The notes under the pieces are model-generated. The model did no database searches. It was not told where the DNA came from and saw nothing but the letters and a program-made list of their open reading frames with translations. From sequence record PP895363.1: a DNA stretch of 64,000 bases, one strand, 5' to 3'. Origin of the DNA: Klebsiella phage FKP3. Position numbers and translations under genes: made by a program. This document shows, in pieces, positions 1 to 9,677 of this stretch (position 1 is the first letter of the stretch; every line of letters starts with the position of its first letter).

Positions 1-792
1 CAGCAGGAATGTTACCGTGGATATCTTCGATATAAGTAACACCATCCCACTCGAATACCTGAACGTCCATATTACCGCTTAGACGGTCGCGTAGCAGGTT
101 AGGAGTACCTTGGTAGTACTGATACGCCTGACGAACGAATGGAGAGTTCACCAGAGACGCGAAGAATTTGCGTGAACACAGTGCAACGATACGAGTTGCA
201 GTAGAACCGTCTTGCTTTGTATCAATGATATAAGCACGAGCTTCTGCTTCAACAGTTGCTGCTGGAGAAACAGTAGTTGACGCGAAATCAATCGGTACAA
301 CTTTCTGAGTTGCGCCCCATTCAGTGTACCAGTTGTACGCTGAGTTTACGCTACCATCAGTACCGACATAAGCAGTACCCATTACAGCATTTGCGAAGAT
401 GGTTTCTTTTGTTTTAGCAACGTCACGCAGGATTTGAGCCATGTAACGGTTAACAACTTCCGCTTCAGTACGCAGTTGATCATTAATACCAGCCATAGCG
501 AAGCTACGGAAGGACTGAATGTCTTGTGCTTTGATGTTCTTATCCAGAGGGAAGAACGGAATACGGAATACTTTAACAGTTGGCTGAGCCATAGTAAGGA
601 AGTTACGTTCCCCACCACGTTCACGTGCTGGGATCAGTCCGTCATTCACTTTCTCTTTACCGACTTCAATAGCGGTAGTTTGGTGATAGTAAGTGTCGAA
701 CAGACCTAAACTTGAAATAAGAGTGTCAGGAGAGTCCTGTAGCTCAATCATTGGGCTAAAGTCAACAACCTGATCCAGAATAATAGCTGGCA
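1..792 (-). CDS. major capsid protein, partial; the gene continues past the left edge of the window
   Basis: Minus-strand ORF starting ATG at 790-792 with SD AAAGGAG; translation MPAIILDQVVDFSPMIELQD... is open to position 1; last gene of the head module. Confidence 0.5.
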
Positions 793-817
793 TGTAAAAT
801 CTCCTTTATAATAATAA

Positions 818-1210
818 TTAAGAAGTGAAAACGACTTTTTCAGTCAGTTTCAGATCATGAGTTTCGAGAGCGGCGACACCAGCATCGTCAATCAGAGAAC
901 CGTTGCTGTAATAAACTGCAAAACGGTTAAGAGTTAGATCGCGAACACCAACAACTGCTGTAAATGTTTCACCAACTGCTACATCGTCAATACTGAACAG
1001 TGCATCAGTCCAAAGCAGAACTTTTACAGCATCAGCAGCGCTTGCAGCTTCAGTGTTATCTGCACCAAGTACAGAACCGATACGCATGGTAGCAGTTTTA
1101 ACAAGGTTGATTTCACGAACGCAATGTCCAAGGTCAGAGCTAAATACACCACCCAGAACTAGGAATCCGAATTCCTGGCGGTAGTTTTGTAATGTAATTC
1201 CTGTTGCCAT
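818..1210 (-). CDS. head decoration-like or hypothetical head protein, 130 aa
   Basis: Small ORF between the scaffold/protease and capsid genes; SD AGGAGA upstream. Confidence 0.3.
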   Translation of the reverse strand: MATGITLQNYRQEFGFLVLGGVFSSDLGHCVREINLVKTATMRIGSVLGADNTEAASAADAVKVLLWTDALFSIDDVAVGETFTAVVGVRDLTLNRFAVYYSNGSLIDDAGVAALETHDLKLTEKVVFTS

Positions 1211-1228
1211 TAATTAAATCTCCTAAGA

Positions 1229-2356
1229 TTATTTCTGGGCGTGTTGTTTCAGAAGGTTAGCTTTTTGCTGAATGAGTTCAGAAGCACTTTTAGCAACCAG
1301 TTCAGGATTAGAAGCTTCTACCCCAATCTCTTTGCCAAACTCTTTCTTAACTGCTTCAATTTCTTCACGAGCTTTACTGAAAGCTTTAACTACAGTTTCT
1401 GCAACTTCGTTATTTTCAATAAGGTATTTTACGAGAGTTTCTACTTTATCTTCTTCTACGAATTCGTAAGATTTGATAACTAGAGTGTAGTCATTTTCGA
1501 TACGAGCGGCTTCTGCTTTTAATAGTTCTTCAGCCTGAGCACGTGCTTTTTGAATTTCTTCCTGAGCTTCAGCCTGAGCCTGAGCTTTAGCATCAGCGGC
1601 TGCTTTTTCTACTGCTTCTGCAATCTGGGCTTTAATCAGATCTTGGAATTCAGCAGATTTCAGGAATTCTTCTTTGTTAATATTATCCAAAGGGGTATCT
1701 CCTTTATTTAGTTCATTTGTGTTTGCAGATGATTGTTTATTGTCTTCTGCTGGGTGATCCTCTGCAATCACAGAGTTGTTATTGGTGCGAGCTGAATGAG
1801 CTTTCACCAGATAATCTTTAACATGTGCATGTTTTAAAGCACCTTTAACAAGGCTACCTAAAGCATCATCAATTAAGTTATCAAAGAAGTCTACAGATAC
1901 TAAAACATCACCTTCAACTACTTGGTAATCTGTTGTCTGAACTACTGGATTTGCAACGTCACCTACTTCTACAAGTAGTCCGTTAATAGTAAAATCAGTA
2001 GAGAACATTCCGTAATCACTACAGAAAATAACAATACCATTATCGAAATCAGCATCAACAACATATACCCAATCCCAACCCATTTCGTATTTTTCACGAA
2101 CGGCTTCATTCAGGAGAGTCATTAACTGTCCGAAATAGGATTTACGTAATTCAGTAACGTCTTCGCCCATATCTTCTAGAGCTTTCAGTTTTTCTAAACT
2201 GATATCTGGTTTATCACCAGACTTAAATAATAGAGGGGTATTAAAACCAGAAGCTGCACCACCTTGGAAATCGAAGGTATATGCGATGTGCGCTCCGCAT
2301 GAGTCTTCCGTAGCTTTACCCGAAAAGTCTACGTCAGCTAAATATGTATGTGCCAC
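1229..2356 (-). CDS. prohead protease / scaffolding fusion protein (putative)
   Basis: 375 aa; the C-terminal half is Ala/Glu/Lys-rich coiled coil (AEAVEKAAADAKAQAQAEAQEEIQKARAQAEELLKAEAA), typical of scaffold; it sits between portal and capsid. Confidence 0.4.
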   Translation of the reverse strand: MAHTYLADVDFSGKATEDSCGAHIAYTFDFQGGAASGFNTPLLFKSGDKPDISLEKLKALEDMGEDVTELRKSYFGQLMTLLNEAVREKYEMGWDWVYVVDADFDNGIVIFCSDYGMFSTDFTINGLLVEVGDVANPVVQTTDYQVVEGDVLVSVDFFDNLIDDALGSLVKGALKHAHVKDYLVKAHSARTNNNSVIAEDHPAEDNKQSSANTNELNKGDTPLDNINKEEFLKSAEFQDLIKAQIAEAVEKAAADAKAQAQAEAQEEIQKARAQAEELLKAEAARIENDYTLVIKSYEFVEEDKVETLVKYLIENNEVAETVVKAFSKAREEIEAVKKEFGKEIGVEASNPELVAKSASELIQQKANLLKQHAQK

Positions 2357-2358
2357 GT

Positions 2359-2838
2359 TTAATCCTTCTTAACTATTCTACCCATTGCACCAATACTCAA
2401 ACCTTTAAGAATACCATCTTTTCTTGCTTGATATAGTTCTGGATCGTAGAATTGTATTTTGACGAGTGGTGTACCTTCAACCACAAATTCATCTCCAATA
2501 TAACAGTCCACCTCATTAACCCATGCTTTGACAGGTTTAAATTTATCTGTATTTTTAAGATGGCCTAAATTACCACTAACATTGGAAATATTTTGATTAA
2601 AGTTGTCAACCATTTTTCTAATCTCAAGATCAGACATACGTTCACCATGTAGGTCATCGTATTCAGGTGGACAGTACATTACTTCGATAACCTGCATTTT
2701 TTCTTCATCAAACTTATTCTGTTTAATTACTTGCGCAGGTGTTTCTTCTGGAGTAGAATCTTGTTGAGATGGGGGAGTATCTTTCGTTCCGCTGAACGCT
2801 TTAAATAGTTCCCAAAGAGAGTCTTTATTAAGTTCCAT
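2359..2838 (-). CDS. hypothetical head-module protein, 159 aa
   Basis: ORF in the morphogenesis operon between the portal and the protease/scaffold genes. Confidence 0.3.
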   Translation of the reverse strand: MELNKDSLWELFKAFSGTKDTPPSQQDSTPEETPAQVIKQNKFDEEKMQVIEVMYCPPEYDDLHGERMSDLEIRKMVDNFNQNISNVSGNLGHLKNTDKFKPVKAWVNEVDCYIGDEFVVEGTPLVKIQFYDPELYQARKDGILKGLSIGAMGRIVKKD

Positions 2839-2923
2839 AATGTTCCTTATAAAAACAAATATCCCATAAGTCTTAGTCTACAGGATATTTGTTTATTTGT
2901 CAATACCTAATTTAAAAAATTTT

Positions 2924-4495
2924 TTAATTTGATAAATTGGCAGCAGATGGGTCTAAAGAAGATACACTTGTAGATGTTCCATTTCCAGCACCAGCGGCTA
3001 ATCCATCCCCAGCTCTTGAAGTTTTATCAGGCATATATGTTGCCAAGAACTCTTGGAACTTATCCTCGTCAGCCACAATATCATCAGGAATACGATAAGA
3101 TAGGCCACACATCTCAAAGAATTCGTTTAACACCTGTGGTGTTAATGGTATTGCTCCTGCTGCAACAAGTTGCTGGATAGCTTTAGCATTGACTTCAAGA
3201 TCAGGATCACCAATATCATTACTCTTGAACTTAGGCATATCTTCATCAGATAAAAATATGTTGTTCATGCGTAATAGTTGGGGAATTACTTGAGTATTTA
3301 AAGCTTCTGTGATAATGTCTACATCACGTTCTATAAAATGGGATAGGAGTGTTTGTTTATTATCTGCAAGAGAAAAACTACCACCCTCTCCATCTCCCAT
3401 GATAAGAACACTAGCACCAAACCTATTATAGATATCTAATTTACGTTGTTTTATTAATGCCTGTGTATCAAATTGCTTACCATTACCTTCCACACCCTGG
3501 AAATGCAAGTCATATTGACGCATAGAGGTGTTTTCATAAATGTCTGAAGGGAGAACCATATAAGATTGCTCACCTGCGTGTAGGTTAGCTATATTGGCTT
3601 GTAGCACTCTGAGAGATTGTGCTTCGTCACCTTCAGGGTTTAATGATGCCCTATTTAGAATATCACTAGGAACTAATAGAACGGGCATACCGCCTAAGTC
3701 TTTAGATACACCAACAACCTCAAACTCTTGGATTAAAGATTTTTCACGCCAAGACCTGTAAACTGCCAAGAGAGGACTAACTCCTAATGGAGTATTTTCT
3801 GTAATGTTTGTACCCAGATACAGAACCTTACTCATAGGTATTTCTTTGCGTCCAATGAGATTAGGATTAATATTTCCTACAGAGGTAAGCATTGAATTGG
3901 TGATATTCTGATTTACTGTAAGAATTGTACGACCATCATCAGAATAAGTGAAAGGTTGTACTGGATCAATTGTATCTTGTGGTCTGAATGCAAGTTTAAC
4001 AATACGCCAATAACCAAAATACGGGCTTTTCGGATCTTCATCAAGTTCATAAACTTTCTCTGCAAAAGCAAAACCAAACTGTTTATAGGTTAATAAAGAT
4101 CTAACATATTGTCTTAATGTTCCATTCATATTTCTTAGACAATAATCTACAAATTTTGCAGCTTGTCTTGATTTTTTTGAATTTACATTACTTGTAATAG
4201 TAAAATCAAAGAATGCTCTATCTACAAAGATGTAAGTAGCATCTAACGCGGTAGCTACATCTGGGTCTTCCCCCATTTCTTTGAAGGTACGGATATTTTC
4301 TGGAAAACGAGTCTCATATGGCTGCATGAAATTAGTGAAAGCCTTAATAGAATTAAGACCAATAGTACCAATTTCAGGAGAGAGTACCAGACTTTTTTCT
4401 TTCTCCAAAGATTGTGTTGGAGATAAGGCTGCTTTATTTACCTGCCCTTTATTCCAGTAATCCGACTTTTTCGTATATTTACGTTTTCCTGTCAC
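2924..4495 (-). CDS. portal protein
   Basis: 523 aa ORF immediately downstream of the terminase; size and position are typical of a portal; C-terminus is Gly/Ser-rich. Confidence 0.5.
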   Translation of the reverse strand: MTGKRKYTKKSDYWNKGQVNKAALSPTQSLEKEKSLVLSPEIGTIGLNSIKAFTNFMQPYETRFPENIRTFKEMGEDPDVATALDATYIFVDRAFFDFTITSNVNSKKSRQAAKFVDYCLRNMNGTLRQYVRSLLTYKQFGFAFAEKVYELDEDPKSPYFGYWRIVKLAFRPQDTIDPVQPFTYSDDGRTILTVNQNITNSMLTSVGNINPNLIGRKEIPMSKVLYLGTNITENTPLGVSPLLAVYRSWREKSLIQEFEVVGVSKDLGGMPVLLVPSDILNRASLNPEGDEAQSLRVLQANIANLHAGEQSYMVLPSDIYENTSMRQYDLHFQGVEGNGKQFDTQALIKQRKLDIYNRFGASVLIMGDGEGGSFSLADNKQTLLSHFIERDVDIITEALNTQVIPQLLRMNNIFLSDEDMPKFKSNDIGDPDLEVNAKAIQQLVAAGAIPLTPQVLNEFFEMCGLSYRIPDDIVADEDKFQEFLATYMPDKTSRAGDGLAAGAGNGTSTSVSSLDPSAANLSN

Positions 4496-4592
4496 TTGTT
4501 TCCCCTAAGTCGTTTTACAAAAGATAATCTGCCCTAGAAAAGGGCAGATCTATAAAAGTACTTTACCATACTTTTAATACTTTTGTCAATCT

Positions 4593-5756
4593 TTATCTTG
4601 ATCTTATTTTATAAGGTTGACCAAAAGATGCCCTACTTCCACTAGACATTTTACCATATCCTGTGGTAGCTCCTAGTGGCGTAGGAATGGCTACAGCCTT
4701 GAATACAGCCTCTTTCATCAGTGTATTAAAACAAGATGCCGCAGCATCCGGGATATCGTCTTTGAGTGTTGCAGTAGACCTCTCTCCATTGAAAGATTCT
4801 AATTCTTTATAAAAGTGATCTAAAGTTTCTTTATTTGGGAAAGAGTCTTCAACAATATATACAAAACCATTTTGACAAGCACTACTAAAAGGCATAAAAC
4901 GCTGTAGTTTCTTTTTGTTCCCTGGCATTGCATCAGGTTTTACAATGAAACCTTCAGAAATAAGCTTCTTAGCAGATTCTGTATATTCAATCAAACCTGC
5001 ACCAGATGGGTCTTTAGGAAGAACTACAATAACCTCATCTCCATCAATTTTACATTGATTAAGAATCAAATTATCTCGTTCACCCGGTAATCTTCTAAAT
5101 CTACCAAAGATTTTACTTTTCTCATCTACTGCATCGTAATCATAATCTCCGAAGATATAGACATTACCATCAGTATCTTTACCCATTTTGACAGACGTGG
5201 TATAGTCTGGATAACGATACGATTCTGTCGGAACAGATACAGCTTTATCCCATGCTCGCATATACTTCATATTATTTGGCACATCTGAATATTTAATTAC
5301 ATGCAACCATTCTCTATTGAAGAAACTTTCTTCTTGTGCTCTTGCAAACCAACACCCATCTAAGAGCTGTGCTCTTTTCACTGCGGTTTGTGCTTTCAGA
5401 GAGGCTAGATATTTAGGATTAAGACGTATAAGCTCTGGATTATCAAATATAGTTCCGCCGATAAATACAAAGCTCTGCGGTTCGATAGTAACTATTTCGC
5501 CTGTATTTGGGTTTTCCATGAAGCAGTTTTCAGGATACTTTTCCTTTAGTTCTTCTGGGTCTTCTGCAAATACCGGTTCATCATTTACAATAAGAAAATA
5601 TAGTTGTTTACCACACATGTCGTCGCGTGGAAATCCTGCTTCATCTAGATAAGGTAATACCCAATTAATAACCCAACTATCTGCATCTGGGTTACAGGTG
5701 CATAGCATAAAAGATGTTGCAGACTCAGAACGTAAACGACCAAGAAGGTAAAGCAT
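4593..5756 (-). CDS. terminase large subunit, exon 2 (motif III plus RNase H-like nuclease domain)
   Basis: Translation contains the coupling motif (FMLCTCNP) and a nuclease-domain-like C-terminus; no SD before the annotated ATG; the reading frame stays open about 40 nt upstream into the intron. Confidence 0.6.
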   Translation of the reverse strand: MLYLLGRLRSESATSFMLCTCNPDADSWVINWVLPYLDEAGFPRDDMCGKQLYFLIVNDEPVFAEDPEELKEKYPENCFMENPNTGEIVTIEPQSFVFIGGTIFDNPELIRLNPKYLASLKAQTAVKRAQLLDGCWFARAQEESFFNREWLHVIKYSDVPNNMKYMRAWDKAVSVPTESYRYPDYTTSVKMGKDTDGNVYIFGDYDYDAVDEKSKIFGRFRRLPGERDNLILNQCKIDGDEVIVVLPKDPSGAGLIEYTESAKKLISEGFIVKPDAMPGNKKKLQRFMPFSSACQNGFVYIVEDSFPNKETLDHFYKELESFNGERSTATLKDDIPDAAASCFNTLMKEAVFKAVAIPTPLGATTGYGKMSSGSRASFGQPYKIRSR

Positions 5757-7112
5757 TTCATATTGTGTGAAATGTGTCCTGGTGTTCGAGAAGGCACGTT
5801 ACGACCTTCCCCGAGATTACTCTCTGCTGCATGTTTCCATGCAGAGCAGACTATATCATCATCCATTAGGATGCCTTGCGCTTCGCCTCACTTGAGGCTA
5901 CTCTACTCACTTCCGTATTTCTACGTGCTTTCGATAGTCGTTAAACTTTACACCACACAAACTAAAAATTATAATCCTTGGATACTTCTGTAAAAGTTTT
6001 CCTAGATTTTATTCCGTACACTCTCTGATAGTTTAGGTGTTCACTGCAATGCATCTTAACTATTGCACCACATTTAAAACCTTTCTCTAACATCTCGCAT
6101 ATCCATTTAACTGTCTCTACTGATAAGGTAGCTGGTCGCGTCAGATTGAAAGTATAATCTTTCACTATGTCTGCAAATATAGCCTTCCTTTTAATATTTC
6201 GTACTGTGTGATAAGCTACACCAACTGTTTCAGAAACATCTTTCGGACTCAAGCCCTCTTCTAAAAGCTCACAGATCGTTCTTACTTCATGTTCTGTCAT
6301 ATTAGTATTTGGACTATTTATACCAGCAGCTTTTACATGTAAACCTGTGTCATAAGCATGTTGTACGTTCTGAGAACAACTTACCCATTCCAAATTACTA
6401 GGATGATAATTCATTTTATTTCCATCCTTATGGTTTACTTGTTTGTACTCCTCTGGAGAAGGATTCTCTACAAAGATTTCAGCCACTATGACATGGAGAG
6501 ATTTTGTAGTTCTGCGTCCTGTATCAGTAGTCATTGCAACAGCAGGATAACCTCCTCTATTACAACGAATAGTTAATTTATTATTTAGTTTTGTACTAAA
6601 GATTTCATAATTATCAGTCATATGATACTTAGAAAATCCTTTTATTTCATGCATTTTCACCTCCTGCTAACATTAGGAGTTTGCATGGTGTCTTAGCTTG
6701 GTATTGCCCTCGTCTCTACGTTAGGGGTTTCACCAAATTCACAAGGTTTTCGATACATGTTCCCATGTAAAGGCTCTAAAAATCAAAGCTCGTCGAAACC
6801 GACCATACTGTATTGTGTACCTTGCAGTACGTGTTGATTTACTTAGCATATAGGTAAATCGGAGGATTCCTCCTCACCCTTTATGTTACCATAAAGATCA
6901 GACCATATCATAACCCACGTCCTATGGGTTGTTGGCGCTTGGAGATCGCTTGATCCCTACTCTACTTACAAGCTTTAGCATCTTGCGTCTTGCTTTCGAT
7001 GGTCGTTGCACCTTACTCCGAAGAGTCTTGGCTCAGGATTGTCCTCACAATGAGGAGTTTCCCTGAATTCACCAACTTATTCAACATACATTACTGTATG
7101 AGGCCACCAAGT
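5757..7112 (-). mobile_element. probable group I intron with an embedded HNH homing endonuclease, splitting the terminase large subunit gene
   Basis: About 450 nt and about 200 nt of non-coding RNA-like sequence flank a free-standing HNH ORF. The 3' segment has P7-like GACUA...UAGUC strands and a GNRA-capped hairpin (CUGCAUG-GAAA-CAUGCAG) resembling P9. Confidence 0.5.
5962..6660 (-). CDS. HNH homing endonuclease (HNH_3 / NUMOD type)
   Basis: Motif HVIVAEIFVENP...VNHKDGNKMNYHPSNLEWVSCSQNVQHA; strong SD AGGAGGTGAAA before the ATG; lies inside the terminase interruption. Confidence 0.7.
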   Translation of the reverse strand: MKMHEIKGFSKYHMTDNYEIFSTKLNNKLTIRCNRGGYPAVAMTTDTGRRTTKSLHVIVAEIFVENPSPEEYKQVNHKDGNKMNYHPSNLEWVSCSQNVQHAYDTGLHVKAAGINSPNTNMTEHEVRTICELLEEGLSPKDVSETVGVAYHTVRNIKRKAIFADIVKDYTFNLTRPATLSVETVKWICEMLEKGFKCGAIVKMHCSEHLNYQRVYGIKSRKTFTEVSKDYNF

Positions 7113-7976
7113 TTAATGGTTAGTTTCCGCTGTTACGTTATCATTTTCTAAGTGGTCGAATTTTAATGTTCCACCTCCGGTAGCTCTGAACTCCATTTCC
7201 ATAGCTTGTTCACGAACATGTGGCTGAAGTTTCAGATATAGCTTTTTAGCTTCTGTAAATAACCCACCAGGCTTACGTAGAGCTGTTGTATTTTTACGGA
7301 ATAGGATTCCGCCAAACAGTGGGTCTTTGCAAGCATATTTTAAAGCTTTCAGCAGGAGTAGACGAGACTTGCCGCTATTCCCAGTAACGAAGATATGATC
7401 GCCACGTCTAAAGACAACATAACTGCTTGGAGTTTCAAAACAATATTTTTTATCATCACTTGTCATTACCTCGTGTATTTTTAGATAAGTGTTAGTTTTA
7501 CCTGAGATATTAAATGGTACTCTTTTACCGAAAGGATTTTCTACATACCCTCTAAGTGGTTCTCCTGCTTGCTGCAATGCAATAAGATCTCCAACTAAAA
7601 TCTCAAAATGTTTTTTAGATTTTTTCTTTTTATAGAATACAAACCTGTGTTCCATACTAAGTTCTTGGAATAAACCCACACCATTTGTTATTCTATATAA
7701 GTTATCTTTTGTATCATACTCTACAAAGTATGGACTAACTAACTCCAGTTTCCTGTTTCTTGGATTGTATTGATAAATATCTTCTCCCGAGTATTGATCA
7801 ATTCTCTTCCATCCTGCTGGTGTTAAATACTCTGTCTCTGCTGTAACGCATCCCGCAGCACCCCCATAAATCATTACCTCTGGCATTAAATCCATTGCTA
7901 ATGTTTGTTTACCCGGTTGAGCTTTTACTTCAATCTCAATATTTGCTAAGTTTGTCTTAACTGGTTTACGTGCCAA
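7113..7976 (-). CDS. terminase large subunit, exon 1 (ATPase N-terminus; contains a mini-intein in the Walker A motif)
   Basis: ...MIYGGAAG|C(intein)...N|SGKSRLLLL reconstitutes the Walker A motif GAAGSGKS; the ORF ends at a stop inside the intron. Confidence 0.6.
   Translation of the reverse strand: MARKPVKTNLANIEIEVKAQPGKQTLAMDLMPEVMIYGGAAGCVTAETEYLTPAGWKRIDQYSGEDIYQYNPRNRKLELVSPYFVEYDTKDNLYRITNGVGLFQELSMEHRFVFYKKKKSKKHFEILVGDLIALQQAGEPLRGYVENPFGKRVPFNISGKTNTYLKIHEVMTSDDKKYCFETPSSYVVFRRGDHIFVTGNSGKSRLLLLKALKYACKDPLFGGILFRKNTTALRKPGGLFTEAKKLYLKLQPHVREQAMEMEFRATGGGTLKFDHLENDNVTAETNH
7377..7850 (-). other. mini-intein (158 aa) inserted in the terminase P-loop
   Basis: Starts at Cys43 (CVTAETEYLTPAGWKRIDQ, resembling intein block A ClxxDTxIxTPxGW); ends ...DHIFVTGN followed by Ser+1; removing it restores GGAAG-SGKS. 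Confidence 0.5.
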
Positions 7977-7984
7977 AGTTCCTC

Positions 7985-8314
7985 CTATTTAGAAATGATT
8001 CCGGCATCTTGCAACGTTTTTATGTATGCTTGCAATGCCATCAGCTTTTGTCTATCCTTTTCCCATAAGGCATTGTTCTTTGTTTGATTATCTACAACCT
8101 CAGATCTAGAGACGCCTTTTGTAATTTGAGTTTGTGTATACACTACAGGTGTTTCTGGAGATTCCAGGTTGCTCTGCTCAGGACTGGCTATTGCCTCTTT
8201 TGCAACAGCTTTGCACTCATCAATGAGAACTGGTTGGGAATGATTTGTTGATGATGTGCAGCCCGTTATCATTAGGGGCAAAGCAAGACATGCTGCCAGT
8301 AGTAGTTTTTGCAT
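7985..8314 (-). CDS. outer-membrane spanin-like lipoprotein (o-spanin)
   Basis: N-terminus MQKLLLAACLALPLMITGC is a lipobox signal; overlaps the 3' end of the upstream transmembrane/coiled-coil ORF (the Rz/Rz1 architecture). Confidence 0.4.
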   Translation of the reverse strand: MQKLLLAACLALPLMITGCTSSTNHSQPVLIDECKAVAKEAIASPEQSNLESPETPVVYTQTQITKGVSRSEVVDNQTKNNALWEKDRQKLMALQAYIKTLQDAGIISK

Positions 8315-8660
8315 ATTCTTTAGCCTCTTGTTGGAGTTCAGTTTCTTTTTTCGATAACTTCTCTTTTAGAATTTCAGTATCATTTGAAAGCTTGGCTATT
8401 GTATTATTCAACTGAGATCTATCTGCATCCGCTTTAGCTTGTAATGTATCAAAGTCTTGTTTAGCTTTCGCTTGTTGAATTTGTTGTGTTTGTTGCTCTT
8501 TAGCAACCCCTGCATTATAACCGTCTTCATAAATACTGTTTTTAATATGTATTGCACCAAATACGATAACTAACAGGAGAATAACTCCTATTACAAGATA
8601 CCTAATCGTCTTGTTGTTCTTTATCGTATTCAGTAAAGATATTAGTAAGCTCATCTTCAT
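8220..8660 (-). CDS. inner-membrane spanin-like protein (i-spanin): N-terminal transmembrane segment plus periplasmic coiled coil
   Basis: Transmembrane IRYLVIGVILLLVIVFGAI followed by a Gln/Lys/Glu-rich coiled coil; overlaps the lipoprotein ORF. Confidence 0.4.
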   Translation of the reverse strand: MKMSLLISLLNTIKNNKTIRYLVIGVILLLVIVFGAIHIKNSIYEDGYNAGVAKEQQTQQIQQAKAKQDFDTLQAKADADRSQLNNTIAKLSNDTEILKEKLSKKETELQQEAKEYAKTTTGSMSCFAPNDNGLHIINKSFPTSSH

Positions 8661-8686
8661 TTACTCTAAATTTAGGTATTGTGGAA

Positions 8687-8890
8687 TTATTGATAATTTT
8701 CTTCACTTCCATTGGTTTCGCTTTCGTCAAGATCTGTTCCCATTGTTCTGTTGTAATCATTCAATTCTTCCTCAATATTCCAGTTACGGGTATAATCGTT
8801 TTTCTTATCTCTGTGTGCTGAAGCACGATTATAGTCATGTTTTGCTACATAGTTTCTCATATAGTATCCTCCTACATTTGATCTTATCAT
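8687..8890 (-). CDS. hypothetical protein, 67 aa
   Basis: ORF with SD GGAGGATACT upstream. Confidence 0.25.
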   Translation of the reverse strand: MIRSNVGGYYMRNYVAKHDYNRASAHRDKKNDYTRNWNIEEELNDYNRTMGTDLDESETNGSEENYQ

Positions 8891-9023
8891 AGAATCAGTA
8901 TAAAAAGCAAGCTTTTTAAAAATAAAAAATCCCCTAACCTTTCGGAGAGGGGCGTTAAATAACGAGGAGGAGGGAGCAAAGCTCCCAAGAGAGGAGAAGT
9001 GTATCTTTAATGATTGTTAAAGA

Positions 9024-9311
9024 TTAAATAGATATTTTATGAGGTGGGGCATCCTGCGGATCGTCAATTTCTTCACTTTCTGCGTAGTGTTCTTCCATCC
9101 AACCTTCAACCTGTTCTTTAATGGTTTTAGCTGCTTGGAATTTTAGATTCTTAGGAGCATCTTTATCATCAATCAGATCGACAATATACTGTGCTGCCTC
9201 AACATACTTGTCTGCAAATAATTCCTTTACTTTTGCTTCCGCTGCAATCATTGCATAAATTTGTTGCATTTCTGCTGTGGGTCTTCCACGACCACGTTTA
9301 ATTTTTGCCAT
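9024..9311 (-). CDS. hypothetical basic/acidic protein, 95 aa (possibly DNA-binding)
   Basis: N-terminus MAKIKRGRGRPTAEMQQ; SD AGGAGGCTAAT upstream. Confidence 0.3.
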   Translation of the reverse strand: MAKIKRGRGRPTAEMQQIYAMIAAEAKVKELFADKYVEAAQYIVDLIDDKDAPKNLKFQAAKTIKEQVEGWMEEHYAESEEIDDPQDAPPHKISI

Positions 9312-9377
9312 ATTAGCCTCCTAATATTCATTCTATCATGAAACTATTAGTTTGTAAAGTATTAAATGTAAGATAAC

Positions 9378-9403
9378 AAAAAACCCGCCGAAGCGGGTTG
9401 ATT
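9378..9403 (-). terminator. rho-independent terminator for minus-strand transcripts (the hairpin can form in both orientations)
   Basis: aaaaCCCGCcgaaGCGGGttgatt; on the minus strand the stem is followed by TTTTTTGTT. Confidence 0.5.
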
Positions 9404-9480
9404 ATTTGCGTTAAGAGACGCAACCCTCTATTCTTAGAAGGAACTAGGCATGTTCTTCGAAGATACCCGCTGGGCGAGTT

Positions 9481-9556
9481 TGGTACTCCGAACTGGACTC
9501 GAACCAGTGTTTGACGATTATCAGTCGCCTGTTCTTGCCATCTGAACTATCAGAGT
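9481..9556 (-). tRNA. tRNA-Ile (anticodon GAU)
   Basis: Acceptor ACTCTGA/TCGGAGT-A-CCA, T-arm ACTGG-TTCGAGT-CCAGT, anticodon loop CTGATAA; CCA encoded. Confidence 0.6.
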
Positions 9557-9677
9557 ATGAATGTGTGGGCTAGTCTCTTAGCCCTATGCTATACTTGTCT
9601 CTTACAGACTGACGTAGCACACGTGCAGCGACCCTTCATATTTATTTTACATCTACAGAAGGTCATTAGATAGATTT

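Noticed and set aside
382-709. 80-aa and 91-aa ORFs inside the capsid gene region
   Set aside because: They are antisense or alternative-frame to the long major capsid ORF, and the capsid frame is far better supported.
1241-1483. Two plus-strand ORFs (80 and 65 aa) inside the scaffold/protease gene
   Set aside because: They are antisense to the coiled-coil-coding region, which has low complexity and generates open frames.
5645-5866. 73-aa minus-strand ORF overlapping the start of terminase exon 2
   Set aside because: It is in a different frame from the terminase and lies in the intron 3' segment, so it is most likely a chance ORF in structured RNA.
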